Source: an uncultured Candidatus Binatia bacterium
Lineage (GTDB): Bacteria; Desulfobacterota; Binatia; Bin18
Assembly (NCBI GenBank): GCA_965243855.1
Contig: CBDEWE010000002.1
Coordinates: forward strand, 31,659 to 95,658
Direction: 5' to 3'
Length of the DNA: 64,000 nucleotides
The position numbers and the translations under genes were made by a program. Of this stretch, positions 29,624 to 38,963 are shown in pieces (within the stretch, counting starts at the first letter, position 1; every line of letters starts with the position of its first letter). The notes under the pieces were generated by a model. That model had not been told where the DNA came from, searched no databases, and saw nothing but the letters and a program-made list of their open reading frames with translations.

Positions 29624-30004
29624 TTAGCGTACCAGGAAGAGCGATTGATCTTTAAGAATAGCCTTAACGTGCGCCAAGTTAGCCAGTGCTTTGATGCCAG
29701 CGGAGGTGGCTTCTACAGGGATTGAGCCCAACGCGTCTGGGCGCGAGGCCAGACGTTTTCCTCCAGACTCTTGCAAAATGACGTCGATATCTCTAAGCGC
29801 CGGTGAGGCTGATTGACGAATTGTCTCGACTCTTGCCTTACGAAGGTTAGGACGGTTTGGACGCCGGGCCAATGCCGTCCCCGGAGCTTTGGTACGAAGC
29901 AAAATGATCGCCCGGACTTTTTGCTTAGGATCGAGCCGGTCTAGTCGTGTAGAGAACTCACGGCTGATGGCGGACTGTTGGGAGGAATTCCCTTGCTCTG
30001 TCAT
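29624..30004 (-). CDS. Hypothetical protein resembling a stand-alone subtilase propeptide
   Basis: VRAIILL...ALGSIPVEATSAGIKALANLAHVKAILKDQ ferredoxin-like pattern (recall). Confidence 0.5.
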   Translation of the reverse strand: MTEQGNSSQQSAISREFSTRLDRLDPKQKVRAIILLRTKAPGTALARRPNRPNLRKARVETIRQSASPALRDIDVILQESGGKRLASRPDALGSIPVEATSAGIKALANLAHVKAILKDQSLFLVR

Positions 30005-30230
30005 TGCAGTGCCAATCGTAGCAGTGGCCATGAGCTAGAGAGATTTGAGCGCTTCGACTGGCCGGATAAGACCGTATCCCCAGCGGTTATCGGGTCGCTG
30101 TTCCTCTCCATCTGGATGCTTCGCGGTTTCCCTGAGCACCACCATGATGTCGCTCACAGAAGCTTTGGGTTTTGCTGCCATCAAAAGAGCGGCGCCCGCC
30201 CCGGCCCCATCCCCCAGGGGAAGGCGGCGG

Positions 30231-31370
30231 TTACCGCCGCGCCAAAGCGGTGACGGCCAGCACCAGCCGCACCAACTCGGCCTGCCGATGGATATGATGC
30301 TTGCGGTAAATCTGTCGCAGGTGCCAATGAACCGCCCCGACCGTGCGCCCCGTGGCCTGGGCGATCTCGGTCACGGTCCGCCCGGCCGTCACCCCCACGG
30401 CCACCTCGCTCTCGCCCGGGGTCAGCCCGAGCACCTCGGCCACGACCGCCGGCTCAAGCCCGGCCGTCCAGTCCGGCTCGACCAGCAGCATGAGGGCCGC
30501 GACGGCGCGCACTCCCAAGTCCGCCGCCGGGCGGGCGACGGGGGTGACGTGCACCACGAGCGGCGCCGACAGCCGCTGGAGGCGCATCGACCCACTGACG
30601 GCCGGGCCGCTGGTGGGCGCCAGCGCGCCCGCGACCAGCCGCGCCAGCCGCGCCCGCTCGGCCGGGACGCCGATACTCAGCCTTTCCCACCCGCTCGCCT
30701 CACCATTACCCTGCCGCAGCAGGGCGGCGGCCCGCTCATTCGCCTCGATGATCTGCCCATCCCGGTCCAGGTAGAGGACCCCAATCCCCTGGCTGTCGAG
30801 CAGCCCGCTCAGCGCCGCCCCCGGCGCGGTGGCCGTGACCAGCGCCTGCCGAACCCGCACGAATTGCCGGATGTGGGGCAGCAGCCCCTTCATCAGCGCG
30901 TGTTGCGCCGCCGCCCAGCCCCCCCGGGTGACCGGGTCGCCGGTGGCCCAGGCGATGGTGCTGCCCGCCGGCCCGTCCAGCCGCGCTATCACGCCCTGCT
31001 GCCCGCCGATCCGGCGTAACCCCTCGTTATAGGCCCGTGAGGTCTGCAACTCCTCCGCCGTGTACAGGTCGGCGAGGCGGACGAGATGGCGGTCGGGCAG
31101 CTGTAGGAAGCGCGGCACGCATTCGTTGCCCGGCTGGTATACGGCGAGCCACTCGCGTTCCCACTCGGCGTGGCGCTCCCCCCGCTTGTAGATCCCGACG
31201 AAGTGGGGCGGGGACTCGGCCGCCGGGCCGCCGCTGACCACCAGGGCGTTGCCCACCGTACCCACGGCTTCATCAATCAGGGCCGAGGCGGCCGGCCACA
31301 GAGCATCATCGAGCGTGGCCTCCTGCACCGTCGCCACAATACGTTCAAATGCGTCTTGGTCACTCATCAC
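30231..31370 (-). CDS. LuxR-family HTH regulator with GAF/PAS-like N-terminus
   Basis: C-terminal LTPGESEVA...G.TVTEIA...VHWHLRQIYRK...QAELV. Confidence 0.9.
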   Translation of the reverse strand: MMSDQDAFERIVATVQEATLDDALWPAASALIDEAVGTVGNALVVSGGPAAESPPHFVGIYKRGERHAEWEREWLAVYQPGNECVPRFLQLPDRHLVRLADLYTAEELQTSRAYNEGLRRIGGQQGVIARLDGPAGSTIAWATGDPVTRGGWAAAQHALMKGLLPHIRQFVRVRQALVTATAPGAALSGLLDSQGIGVLYLDRDGQIIEANERAAALLRQGNGEASGWERLSIGVPAERARLARLVAGALAPTSGPAVSGSMRLQRLSAPLVVHVTPVARPAADLGVRAVAALMLLVEPDWTAGLEPAVVAEVLGLTPGESEVAVGVTAGRTVTEIAQATGRTVGAVHWHLRQIYRKHHIHRQAELVRLVLAVTALARR

Positions 31371-31456
31371 TCCCCTCTCCTCGATCCCCGGCCCCCGCCC
31401 TCCTGGTGGCGGGGCCGTGTACTGAGGTCTTCTCTACGCCATCCGCCCCCGCTTGT

Positions 31457-31475
31457 CCCTACATGCATTACGAGG
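31457..31475 (-). promoter_or_regulatory. Cargo-gene upstream motif, copy 5 (CCTCGTAATGCATGTAGGG)
   Basis: Faces 30231..31370; back-to-back with copy 6. Confidence 0.6.
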
Positions 31476-31534
31476 GAGCCCTACAAAAATTCATAGGATC
31501 GGGGCGGAAAGCGCCCGTCATTTTTTTACCCTGC

Positions 31535-31553
31535 CCTCCTAATCTATGTAGGG
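31535..31553 (+). promoter_or_regulatory. Cargo-gene upstream motif, copy 6 (CCTCCTAATCTATGTAGGG)
   Basis: Faces 31756..33182. Confidence 0.55.
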
Positions 31554-31755
31554 AAACGGACAGCAATGTGAGGTATATGAGTCCCCTTAGCCGTGCGGCC
31601 AGGACCCTGCGGACGGCGTCAAGGTCCCCCGGCCGAGAGCGCAATCCAAAGAAGGCACACTGAAACGCTACCCAAAATTTTGGCCCTTGCCGCAAAAATC
31701 CACCAAAGCAGCGCAAGGGAATACATTTTGGCGTGAGAGGATAGGGAGGATATCC

Positions 31756-32040
31756 ATGACGCAGTTCACCACGCAGAACAACAACCGGAGACGCCTTACC
31801 ATACTGCTCATCCTCGGAGTTCTGTTCCTCTCGCCGGAAAGAGGTGTGCGGGCAGCCCCTGAATCCCAGCCGGAGCAGTGTAGGGTTTTGCGGCTACACC
31901 ATGCGTATCCTGCCTCTCCTAATCCGTACTCTTTGTACCTTTTTCCTGGTTGCTCTGAGACCGTGGCATATCTGGACGTGATGCACAAGCGAGCAGGCCG
32001 CCCCCGCTCGAGAGTGTCGTACGAGGTAGAACCGCGATGA
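31756..32040 (+). CDS. Small secreted or membrane-anchored protein
   Basis: RBS GGAGGA, hydrophobic N-terminus, ATGA overlap with the next gene. Confidence 0.55.
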   Translation: MTQFTTQNNNRRRLTILLILGVLFLSPERGVRAAPESQPEQCRVLRLHHAYPASPNPYSLYLFPGCSETVAYLDVMHKRAGRPRSRVSYEVEPR

Positions 32041-33182
32041 GCGACCAGGACGCCTTTGACCGTATCATCACGGCTCTGCACGACGCCGCGCTGGACGACA
32101 CCGTGTGGCTCAGCGCGTTGGGGCTTGTGAATGAGGCAGTCGGGACGGTGGGCAGTCATCTGCTGATCCTGAGCGGGCAGACGCAGGCCGACCTCACCGT
32201 CCTATTCGAGAGCACGCACTACTTCGACCCCCCCAGCGGCTTGGACCAAGTGTATACCCAGCGCTACTTTCCCCACGACGAAAGGATACCCCGCTTCCTC
32301 CGTCTGGCCGATAGCCGCATGGTACACGTCCCCACGCTCTACACCGCACGGGAGCGGAAAACCTCCCCGACCTATAACGAACTTTTGCGCCGCTCTCATG
32401 GTCGCCAGGGTTTGAATGTGCGCCTGGACGGCCCGGAGAGCTGCCACATCGCCTGGGCACTGGCCGACCCTTTTGACTCTAACGGCTGGGGCGCCGAACA
32501 TCTCACAATCCTCACCAAGTTGTTGCCCCACCTGCGCCAATTTGTCCGCGTCCGGCAGACATTGGCCAAAGCCGACGCCCTCCATGCCCCGCTCACCCAC
32601 TTGCTCGATAACGCCCTGATCGGTGTCCTGTTCCTTGACCGCCACGGGAAGATCATCGAGACCAACGCTCGCGCCCTACGTATCCTCCAGCGGGCCAACA
32701 GCGTGAGAGACCGGGACGGATTCCTGCACGCCCGGCACCCCACCGACGACACCACCCTTCAGCGGCTCCTCGTCCACGCCCTGCCCCACTGGGGGCAGCC
32801 CGTCTCCAGCGGCTCCATGACAGTTCAGCGGGTTCCCGGCACCCTCCCGCTGACTGTGCATCTCAGCCCGGTCCCTCACCGGGCCGACTTCGGCGCCCAG
32901 CGTATTGCCGCCTTCGTGTTGCTGATCGATCCTGTCGAGCGTCCCCAGATTGATCCCACCTGCCTCGCTACGACACTCGGCCTCACCCGGGCCGAGAGCC
33001 GCGTGGCCGCCGCCCTAGCCGCTGGCTACAGCGTCCGGGACATCGCCGTGGCCACGCGCCGGACCCAGGCGACGGTGCGCTCCCACGTCAGGCAGCTCCA
33101 CCACAAACTGGGCGTCCACACTCAGGCCGACCTGGTCCGGCTGGTGCTGACCACCGCCGGGGTGCCCCTGCCGCGCGCCTGA
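32037..33182 (+). CDS. LuxR-family HTH regulator, paralog of 30231..31370
   Basis: Same MSDQDAF.RI start, LNVRLDGP, LLPHLRQFVRVRQ and HTH. Confidence 0.9.
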   Translation: MSDQDAFDRIITALHDAALDDTVWLSALGLVNEAVGTVGSHLLILSGQTQADLTVLFESTHYFDPPSGLDQVYTQRYFPHDERIPRFLRLADSRMVHVPTLYTARERKTSPTYNELLRRSHGRQGLNVRLDGPESCHIAWALADPFDSNGWGAEHLTILTKLLPHLRQFVRVRQTLAKADALHAPLTHLLDNALIGVLFLDRHGKIIETNARALRILQRANSVRDRDGFLHARHPTDDTTLQRLLVHALPHWGQPVSSGSMTVQRVPGTLPLTVHLSPVPHRADFGAQRIAAFVLLIDPVERPQIDPTCLATTLGLTRAESRVAAALAAGYSVRDIAVATRRTQATVRSHVRQLHHKLGVHTQADLVRLVLTTAGVPLPRA

Positions 33183-33307
33183 CTGCCCCTCCCTACCCCA
33201 AAATTTTCGTCCATTGCCGCAAAAATACCCAAAATTGGGGAGGAAATCGGGACGGGGGGTGTGATAAGGACCCCAAGCATTCCCCCAGGGAGGCCATGTG
33301 TATAGCC

Positions 33308-36079
33308 ATGCGTATATCTATTCTGCTGCGTCTGTTCGTGCGTCTCGCGGTGCTGGCTCCGGCGCTGGTTCTCGCCGTGGAAGCCCTCTGCCCCACTGTC
33401 GTCTTCGCCCAAGCCACCCTGGAGAACCCCCGGTCCGGCTCCTTCCAGAGCGGGGTCGCCGCCATCTCCGGCTGGGCGTGTGACGCCAATGAGATTCTCA
33501 TCGAACTCAACGGCGTGCCCTACCGCGCCGGCTACCCGACAACAAGGCCGGATACCCTGGGGCGCTGTGGCGATACCGACAACGGCTTCAGCCTGCTGTG
33601 GAACTGGAACAACCTGGGAGCAGGGAGGCATACGGTCCGGGCGCTGCTTGACGGGGTAGAGTTTGCCAACACGACCGTGCACGTAACCACCTTTGGGGAG
33701 GACCCCTTCCCACGGGGGTGGAGTGGCACGTTTAACCTGCCCGACTTCCCCACCTCCGGCGAGACCACCATTGTCCGGTGGGAAGAGTCGCTCCAGAAAT
33801 TTGTCATCACGGACGGGCAGCCGCCTACCGGCGGGGGATACAACCAGGTAGCGGGCGTGAGCGCCGTATTGGAAAACCCGTCGCTGGGGTCAGCCCAGAG
33901 TGGAGTGGGTGTGATTTCCGGCTGGGCGTGCGAAGCCCAGAACATCGTCATCGAACTCAACGGGGAACCCTACCGAGCGGGCTACCCCACCACAAGGCCG
34001 GATACCCTGGGGCGCTGTGGCGATACCAATAATGGCTTCAGTCTATTGTGGAACTGGAACAACCTGGGAGCGGGAACGCATACGGTGCGCGCCCTGATTG
34101 ATGGGCAGGAATTTGCCACCGCGACCGTATGGGTGACGACCTTTGGGGAAGACCCGTTCCCGCGGGGCTGGAGTGGCACGTTTGATCTATCCGACTTTCC
34201 CACCTCCGGCGAGACCGCCGTCGTCCAGTGGGAAGAGTCGCTCCAGAACTTTGTCATCAGCGCGGCGTTGCCCACACGGCAACTGATGGCCGTCCATCCT
34301 GTTGTGGCGCTCCCGGCGGACGTCCAGATTCCGAATGTGGCGGTGCGGTCTGTCTACGCCGAGACCGCCGAGGTGCTCGCGAGCCCCAAGCCGTCGCTGC
34401 TCCTGGCCGAAGACACGGAGGGCACCGTGCTGCTGGGCGTGGCCAATAGGGATGGGGGCGTGCTGGGCGAGCGGGATGGCCGCGTCGAAGTCAGCGTGGA
34501 CAGTACGGCGGTCATGCTGGTGGCGCTCCGCGCCGGCTATGCCGTCCACGAAATTGATCAGGAGGTAGTGGCCGCGATTCAAGGGCATGCCGAGTATGCC
34601 GACCTGACCGTGACGCTCGCGGCGCTCGTGGAGGCAGACAAAAACTTTCTGGATACCCTGATATACCACCCCGATGTCGTAGCAACCATCGAAACCATCA
34701 GTGGGATATTCGGGGCCAACGGGCCACACAGCCGTCGCGGCCTGAGCCTGAGGTATAGTCTGGCGGGTGTCGCCTCCGCGCGCGAGGGCGGCCCCACCCC
34801 CTTATCGCCAAGCGTCACGGGGAAGACAGACGCGGACGACTGTGCACACCGCGCCGCCCTCTGGAGCCTGGCCGAAGGGGCAGACCTCGCCGCGATGTTC
34901 GCCCCCGTAGGGTCCGTCGCAGCCGCCCTGCGCCGGGCGGCCACGGCCGCACAGTCCCCACCCCCGCCGGATCAGTCAGACCCACAGGACACCGAGGAGC
35001 TCTCCCTGAGCGAGATCATGAAATTCTTCACCGACCTGACGGCGGCGCAGCACGCGGGGCCGGGACCCCCTGCTCCCGAGACGCAACCTGCGGGCGAAGG
35101 GGAATGTAACGCGCCTACCGCGCCCGGGGATGGTGGCGGGGAATGGTGGGAGCTGGCGATGCGCGGCTATATGGACCATCGGGGGACCGGAGGGGCTGGG
35201 CAGGAGAACCCCTTCCGCGCCTGCCTGCCCCCGGACCCACCCACCAACCTGCGGATAACGGAGGTGGGCGCGGACTTCTTAGATCTGGAATGGGATCCCC
35301 TGCCCGAGGGCGGGGGGGAGGGCTATACAGTTCTTCAGCACTATGCGTTTGACCAAGGCCTCCGCAGTTTGCCGAAGGCCCTTGGCACCGTGGAAACGAC
35401 TCGCGTGCGAGTGCGTGGGATAGGCGCAGGGGACGTATGTTTTACTGTCAGGGCCGTAAGCCGATTGTGGACAGAGGACAGCGGAGATGCGGCATACCGC
35501 GGGGAAGACGTGTGGGCAGGTGCAGTATGTATTCATGACAGTAACATTCGCAGCGCGTTCAGCCCAGACAGGGAAGGGGGATGGTGTCGGTTAATCGGGA
35601 TAGGAACCATGCAGAGCGACGGGCGTCCTTATAGGTCACACCAATGCATAAACAAGCCGTTGGAAGAGCCGTGCAGTGCGACAGATTTTGACGAGGAATC
35701 AGGAGCCGAGATCACCCGCATAATAGTGGCTAGCGGCCTGACCACGCGCGAACGATGTCTGAGTAGTAGGCCCCCATTCGATCGCTACACATTGGAGCCT
35801 GTACCGCAGCCGGACGGTCCATCAGAGGAAGCAGAATTATGTGAAGTGATTCATACCTACCGCGAGGAAGGATGTAAGGGCGAGCGGGAGTGCATCAAGA
35901 GGGAGATCGTGTGGGAGCCATGCAAAGAAGCGTCCACAGTCCAAATCCTACAGGCTAGATTCAGGCAGTACGCTAAGAAGTTGTTCGAGTATTTCTGCGA
36001 GAAGGAGTGCACGCCCGACGGAGAGGTCCGCTGTAAGGTGAGAGAGGAACGCGGAACCCACTTCGGCATCCGCGGGTAG
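33308..36079 (+). CDS. Large secreted mosaic protein: 2x ~135-aa repeat domain, FN3-like domain, Cys-rich C-terminus
   Basis: Signal peptide; tandem LENP..GS.QSGV..ISGWAC domains; PPTNLRITEV...LEWD...FTVRAV. Confidence 0.8.
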   Translation: MRISILLRLFVRLAVLAPALVLAVEALCPTVVFAQATLENPRSGSFQSGVAAISGWACDANEILIELNGVPYRAGYPTTRPDTLGRCGDTDNGFSLLWNWNNLGAGRHTVRALLDGVEFANTTVHVTTFGEDPFPRGWSGTFNLPDFPTSGETTIVRWEESLQKFVITDGQPPTGGGYNQVAGVSAVLENPSLGSAQSGVGVISGWACEAQNIVIELNGEPYRAGYPTTRPDTLGRCGDTNNGFSLLWNWNNLGAGTHTVRALIDGQEFATATVWVTTFGEDPFPRGWSGTFDLSDFPTSGETAVVQWEESLQNFVISAALPTRQLMAVHPVVALPADVQIPNVAVRSVYAETAEVLASPKPSLLLAEDTEGTVLLGVANRDGGVLGERDGRVEVSVDSTAVMLVALRAGYAVHEIDQEVVAAIQGHAEYADLTVTLAALVEADKNFLDTLIYHPDVVATIETISGIFGANGPHSRRGLSLRYSLAGVASAREGGPTPLSPSVTGKTDADDCAHRAALWSLAEGADLAAMFAPVGSVAAALRRAATAAQSPPPPDQSDPQDTEELSLSEIMKFFTDLTAAQHAGPGPPAPETQPAGEGECNAPTAPGDGGGEWWELAMRGYMDHRGTGGAGQENPFRACLPPDPPTNLRITEVGADFLDLEWDPLPEGGGEGYTVLQHYAFDQGLRSLPKALGTVETTRVRVRGIGAGDVCFTVRAVSRLWTEDSGDAAYRGEDVWAGAVCIHDSNIRSAFSPDREGGWCRLIGIGTMQSDGRPYRSHQCINKPLEEPCSATDFDEESGAEITRIIVASGLTTRERCLSSRPPFDRYTLEPVPQPDGPSEEAELCEVIHTYREEGCKGERECIKREIVWEPCKEASTVQILQARFRQYAKKLFEYFCEKECTPDGEVRCKVREERGTHFGIRG

Positions 36080-36613
36080 AGCGCGTAACTGAGCCGAGGG
36101 CCAGTACCCCCCGTCGCCGTTCAGCCCATCGGCCTGGGCGAGGTTGGTGCCCAAGGGCGTTTGGTGTACCTCAGAATTGTTATCGTGTTATGGAAAGAGC
36201 CAATGAAAGAATACTCTCGTCAAGTTTAGGCTTGGCTTGCGAACAAAAACAATCGTGGTCGTGTGATTGCTACGGCGCTCAGGGCGTTCGTGTTTTTCCG
36301 TTGCCACTGCCCGTGTCTTCGCGGGAAGCAGCGATGAAGACCGCAAAAAGAGGGGACACAATGCCGCAAGTAGGTGAGCTTCAAAGACAACGCCCTGCTG
36401 TCGCTCTCACGGGATATCGGGCCGGGCACGCCCTCCGGGCTCCCGGGCGTAATTCTGAGTGTGGGCCGTAATGGACATGGCGCAGGGGAAAGCCATGAGT
36501 AGCTGCATTATCGCCGCTAGCGAGGAGCCCCTGGAGTTAGCTGGAGAATAAAGTTAGGCTCGCCCTCACCTGGCTCCGCCGGAACCGAGGAACAAGTTTA
36601 AGGAGGTACGCTC

Positions 36614-38950
36614 ATGGATTTGTTAAGTCAGCTCCGTGCCGTTTGCAAGCGGCTTGTCGACCGTGGCTGGAACACCGTTCTCGAAACCCACGGGCTTGAT
36701 CTCGAAACCGCAATCGCCCGTGACAATGTTGGACTCGCTGACGCTCTCGCGGCGAAGCTCAGTGTTGATCGGACGGTACCCGGCTTTGGCGACTTCACCA
36801 CGGCAGGCAACCAAGCGATCACTCCCGGCAAGCCGGCCGCCAGCCTGCTTTATCACGCGATGGCGAGCCCGCTCGTCCATCCGAACGCGACCGGCACTGC
36901 CAGCGATCCGGAGGCCTATCCGTCAATCGAGGATCTCGACACCGTCGAGAACTACATCTACAGTCTGAGGAAGCTGGACTTGTCTTCTTTGCGCAATCCA
37001 GTCATCGTCGTTTTCGCCTATCAATACCGTACGGCTAGCGGCAGTCCACACCGTCAGCATGCCGACCTTGCTTTCTCGCGTTGTGGCGTTGCCCGTGCCG
37101 GGACCGCCCCCGCAGCCTACAATCCTCCGGGCCGATATTTCGGTCCTTTGGGAGACAATGGCGCGATCTGCGCGCTGCCAGCCCGCTATGCCGCCTTTAT
37201 TGCGGAGTATAACCGGCCACTGAACACCGATACGATTCTCAGTCGCCAACGCGGCGACCAGAGCCGTATGTTCGCAATCCCTATCCACAAGCTGTTCCCG
37301 GGAAACGAGTGCCTTGAAGGCACCAGCCTTTCCATTGGCTTCCAGGAGTTTCACCGTAACGAGAAGCTCAAGCGTATTCACACCGAAGGCGGTGTGCGCG
37401 TCGTCGATGGATTCGATGTCAATGTCTTTCCTTTTGTTCGCGACAGTGAGAATAGTGACGACCTCGTCCGGCTTGAGAGGCAGGGTGCCTCCGTCAATGT
37501 CGTACCTATTGATCACCCGGAACTGGTCCGCACTGCTGTGCAGGCGAACAGCGTCTCCGGGAGACAAGAGATCGTACGCTTCATCGTTCCAGCGGAGACG
37601 GACAACAACCGCTTTTCTACGTCATTGAAGATTCCAGCCAATCAGAAGACAAATGCACGGCACGCGCCGGAATATGTCAACATCCGGCATAAGGTCGAAA
37701 AGGCAGGTAGCACTCTGGGGATCGTCGATCTGAAGGATTTACCAGCCGGAAAATTCGAGGAAACGATCAAAGAGGGCAAATATGAAGCAGCGCACTTTAT
37801 CGATGACAGCTGCGACGGCGTGCTTATCCCGCAGATTGAGGGCCTGCCACCGCTTAACGGGACAGCATGGACTAATCTTCCGGCCTATTCGCTGGTTACT
37901 GCGCCTGACTTTATCCCCTTCGCGCATCAGATCGACATCGCCGCTTGGTCCCGGTTATCGTCCCGCAACAGAAAGCCGCACTTCAAGCAGGGCGATCCCG
38001 ATCCCCTTTGCGAGGGACGTGCGCGGCCAAACCTGACGCTACCCTTGCCTGGGCAGCTAGGTACTCAGGCCTTCAACGTGCATGACGAGACAGTGGTAGC
38101 GATTGTCGGCTCGCCGGCCTTGTCGGAGGGTCAAAGCAGTGCCGGTGTGCCCAAGCACATTGTGAGCTATCTGACCGATGCCGCCGCCGATGTCTTCGCA
38201 CCGGGCTGGGACGTCTCAATCGACGACCGCAATGGAGTCCGTTTCTATACCTCGCATGGGCTTGGCTCCCCGTTCCCCGAGGATGCGAAGCTCTGTGCCG
38301 CGATAAACTCCTACTGGCCGGCGGCCGCTCCGGACGCGTCACGGACTTTCGGGTTCCAGTATGCTCCAACAGCGATCCCGATGCTGGACAACGAGCTTGG
38401 CTACCACCCGCAAAACCCACAGGTTCTGGCGAGTAACGTTCAAGCTAGTCTCGGCTGGGATGGTGAGACCGGACCATTTTTTGAAGAGATCAACGGTAAG
38501 ACCTACATAAACTTTGCGAGCGTCCACCGCTCAGACTATGTGACCAACGCCCTTAACCGAAAACTCACCGCGAAAGAGATAAATTCTGTCACCTCCGATG
38601 ATTTGATCGAGCGAATGGAGGCGCTTCAGAGCTGTATCTCCTCCCTCCCGCCCTCGGAGGATATTGTCGCCGGAACGAGGCTTTGGTTGGTCCGGGCGGA
38701 GTATGTCGTCGACTGGTCGAACCATGGTTCGCCAGCCGACAAGTCTCTAACCCACAGCGGCTATATCTACGAGTTCGGCCTGACCAACGATAGCCCGCTG
38801 CAGTCCCACCAACCCGTAGCAGATGATATGACGCGACTTCGCTACGAGATATCCGATAGGTACGAGTGCCATCTCTCCGCCTCGCTTCTCTTCTTCCGGA
38901 AGAAAGGTGACGTCAACTGGACGCGGGGCAAGCGAGACCCTACAGCGTAG
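36614..38950 (+). CDS. Divergent LodA/GoxA-like (putative CTQ) quinoprotein
   Basis: Collinear motifs GVARAGT, HRNEK, DDSCDG, AYSLVTAPDFIP, FAPGWDVS, and PFPED557AKLC561...YW568PAAAPD; strong AAGGAGG RBS. Confidence 0.65.
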   Translation: MDLLSQLRAVCKRLVDRGWNTVLETHGLDLETAIARDNVGLADALAAKLSVDRTVPGFGDFTTAGNQAITPGKPAASLLYHAMASPLVHPNATGTASDPEAYPSIEDLDTVENYIYSLRKLDLSSLRNPVIVVFAYQYRTASGSPHRQHADLAFSRCGVARAGTAPAAYNPPGRYFGPLGDNGAICALPARYAAFIAEYNRPLNTDTILSRQRGDQSRMFAIPIHKLFPGNECLEGTSLSIGFQEFHRNEKLKRIHTEGGVRVVDGFDVNVFPFVRDSENSDDLVRLERQGASVNVVPIDHPELVRTAVQANSVSGRQEIVRFIVPAETDNNRFSTSLKIPANQKTNARHAPEYVNIRHKVEKAGSTLGIVDLKDLPAGKFEETIKEGKYEAAHFIDDSCDGVLIPQIEGLPPLNGTAWTNLPAYSLVTAPDFIPFAHQIDIAAWSRLSSRNRKPHFKQGDPDPLCEGRARPNLTLPLPGQLGTQAFNVHDETVVAIVGSPALSEGQSSAGVPKHIVSYLTDAAADVFAPGWDVSIDDRNGVRFYTSHGLGSPFPEDAKLCAAINSYWPAAAPDASRTFGFQYAPTAIPMLDNELGYHPQNPQVLASNVQASLGWDGETGPFFEEINGKTYINFASVHRSDYVTNALNRKLTAKEINSVTSDDLIERMEALQSCISSLPPSEDIVAGTRLWLVRAEYVVDWSNHGSPADKSLTHSGYIYEFGLTNDSPLQSHQPVADDMTRLRYEISDRYECHLSASLLFFRKKGDVNWTRGKRDPTA

Positions 38951-38963
38951 GGATCGCCTCCAC

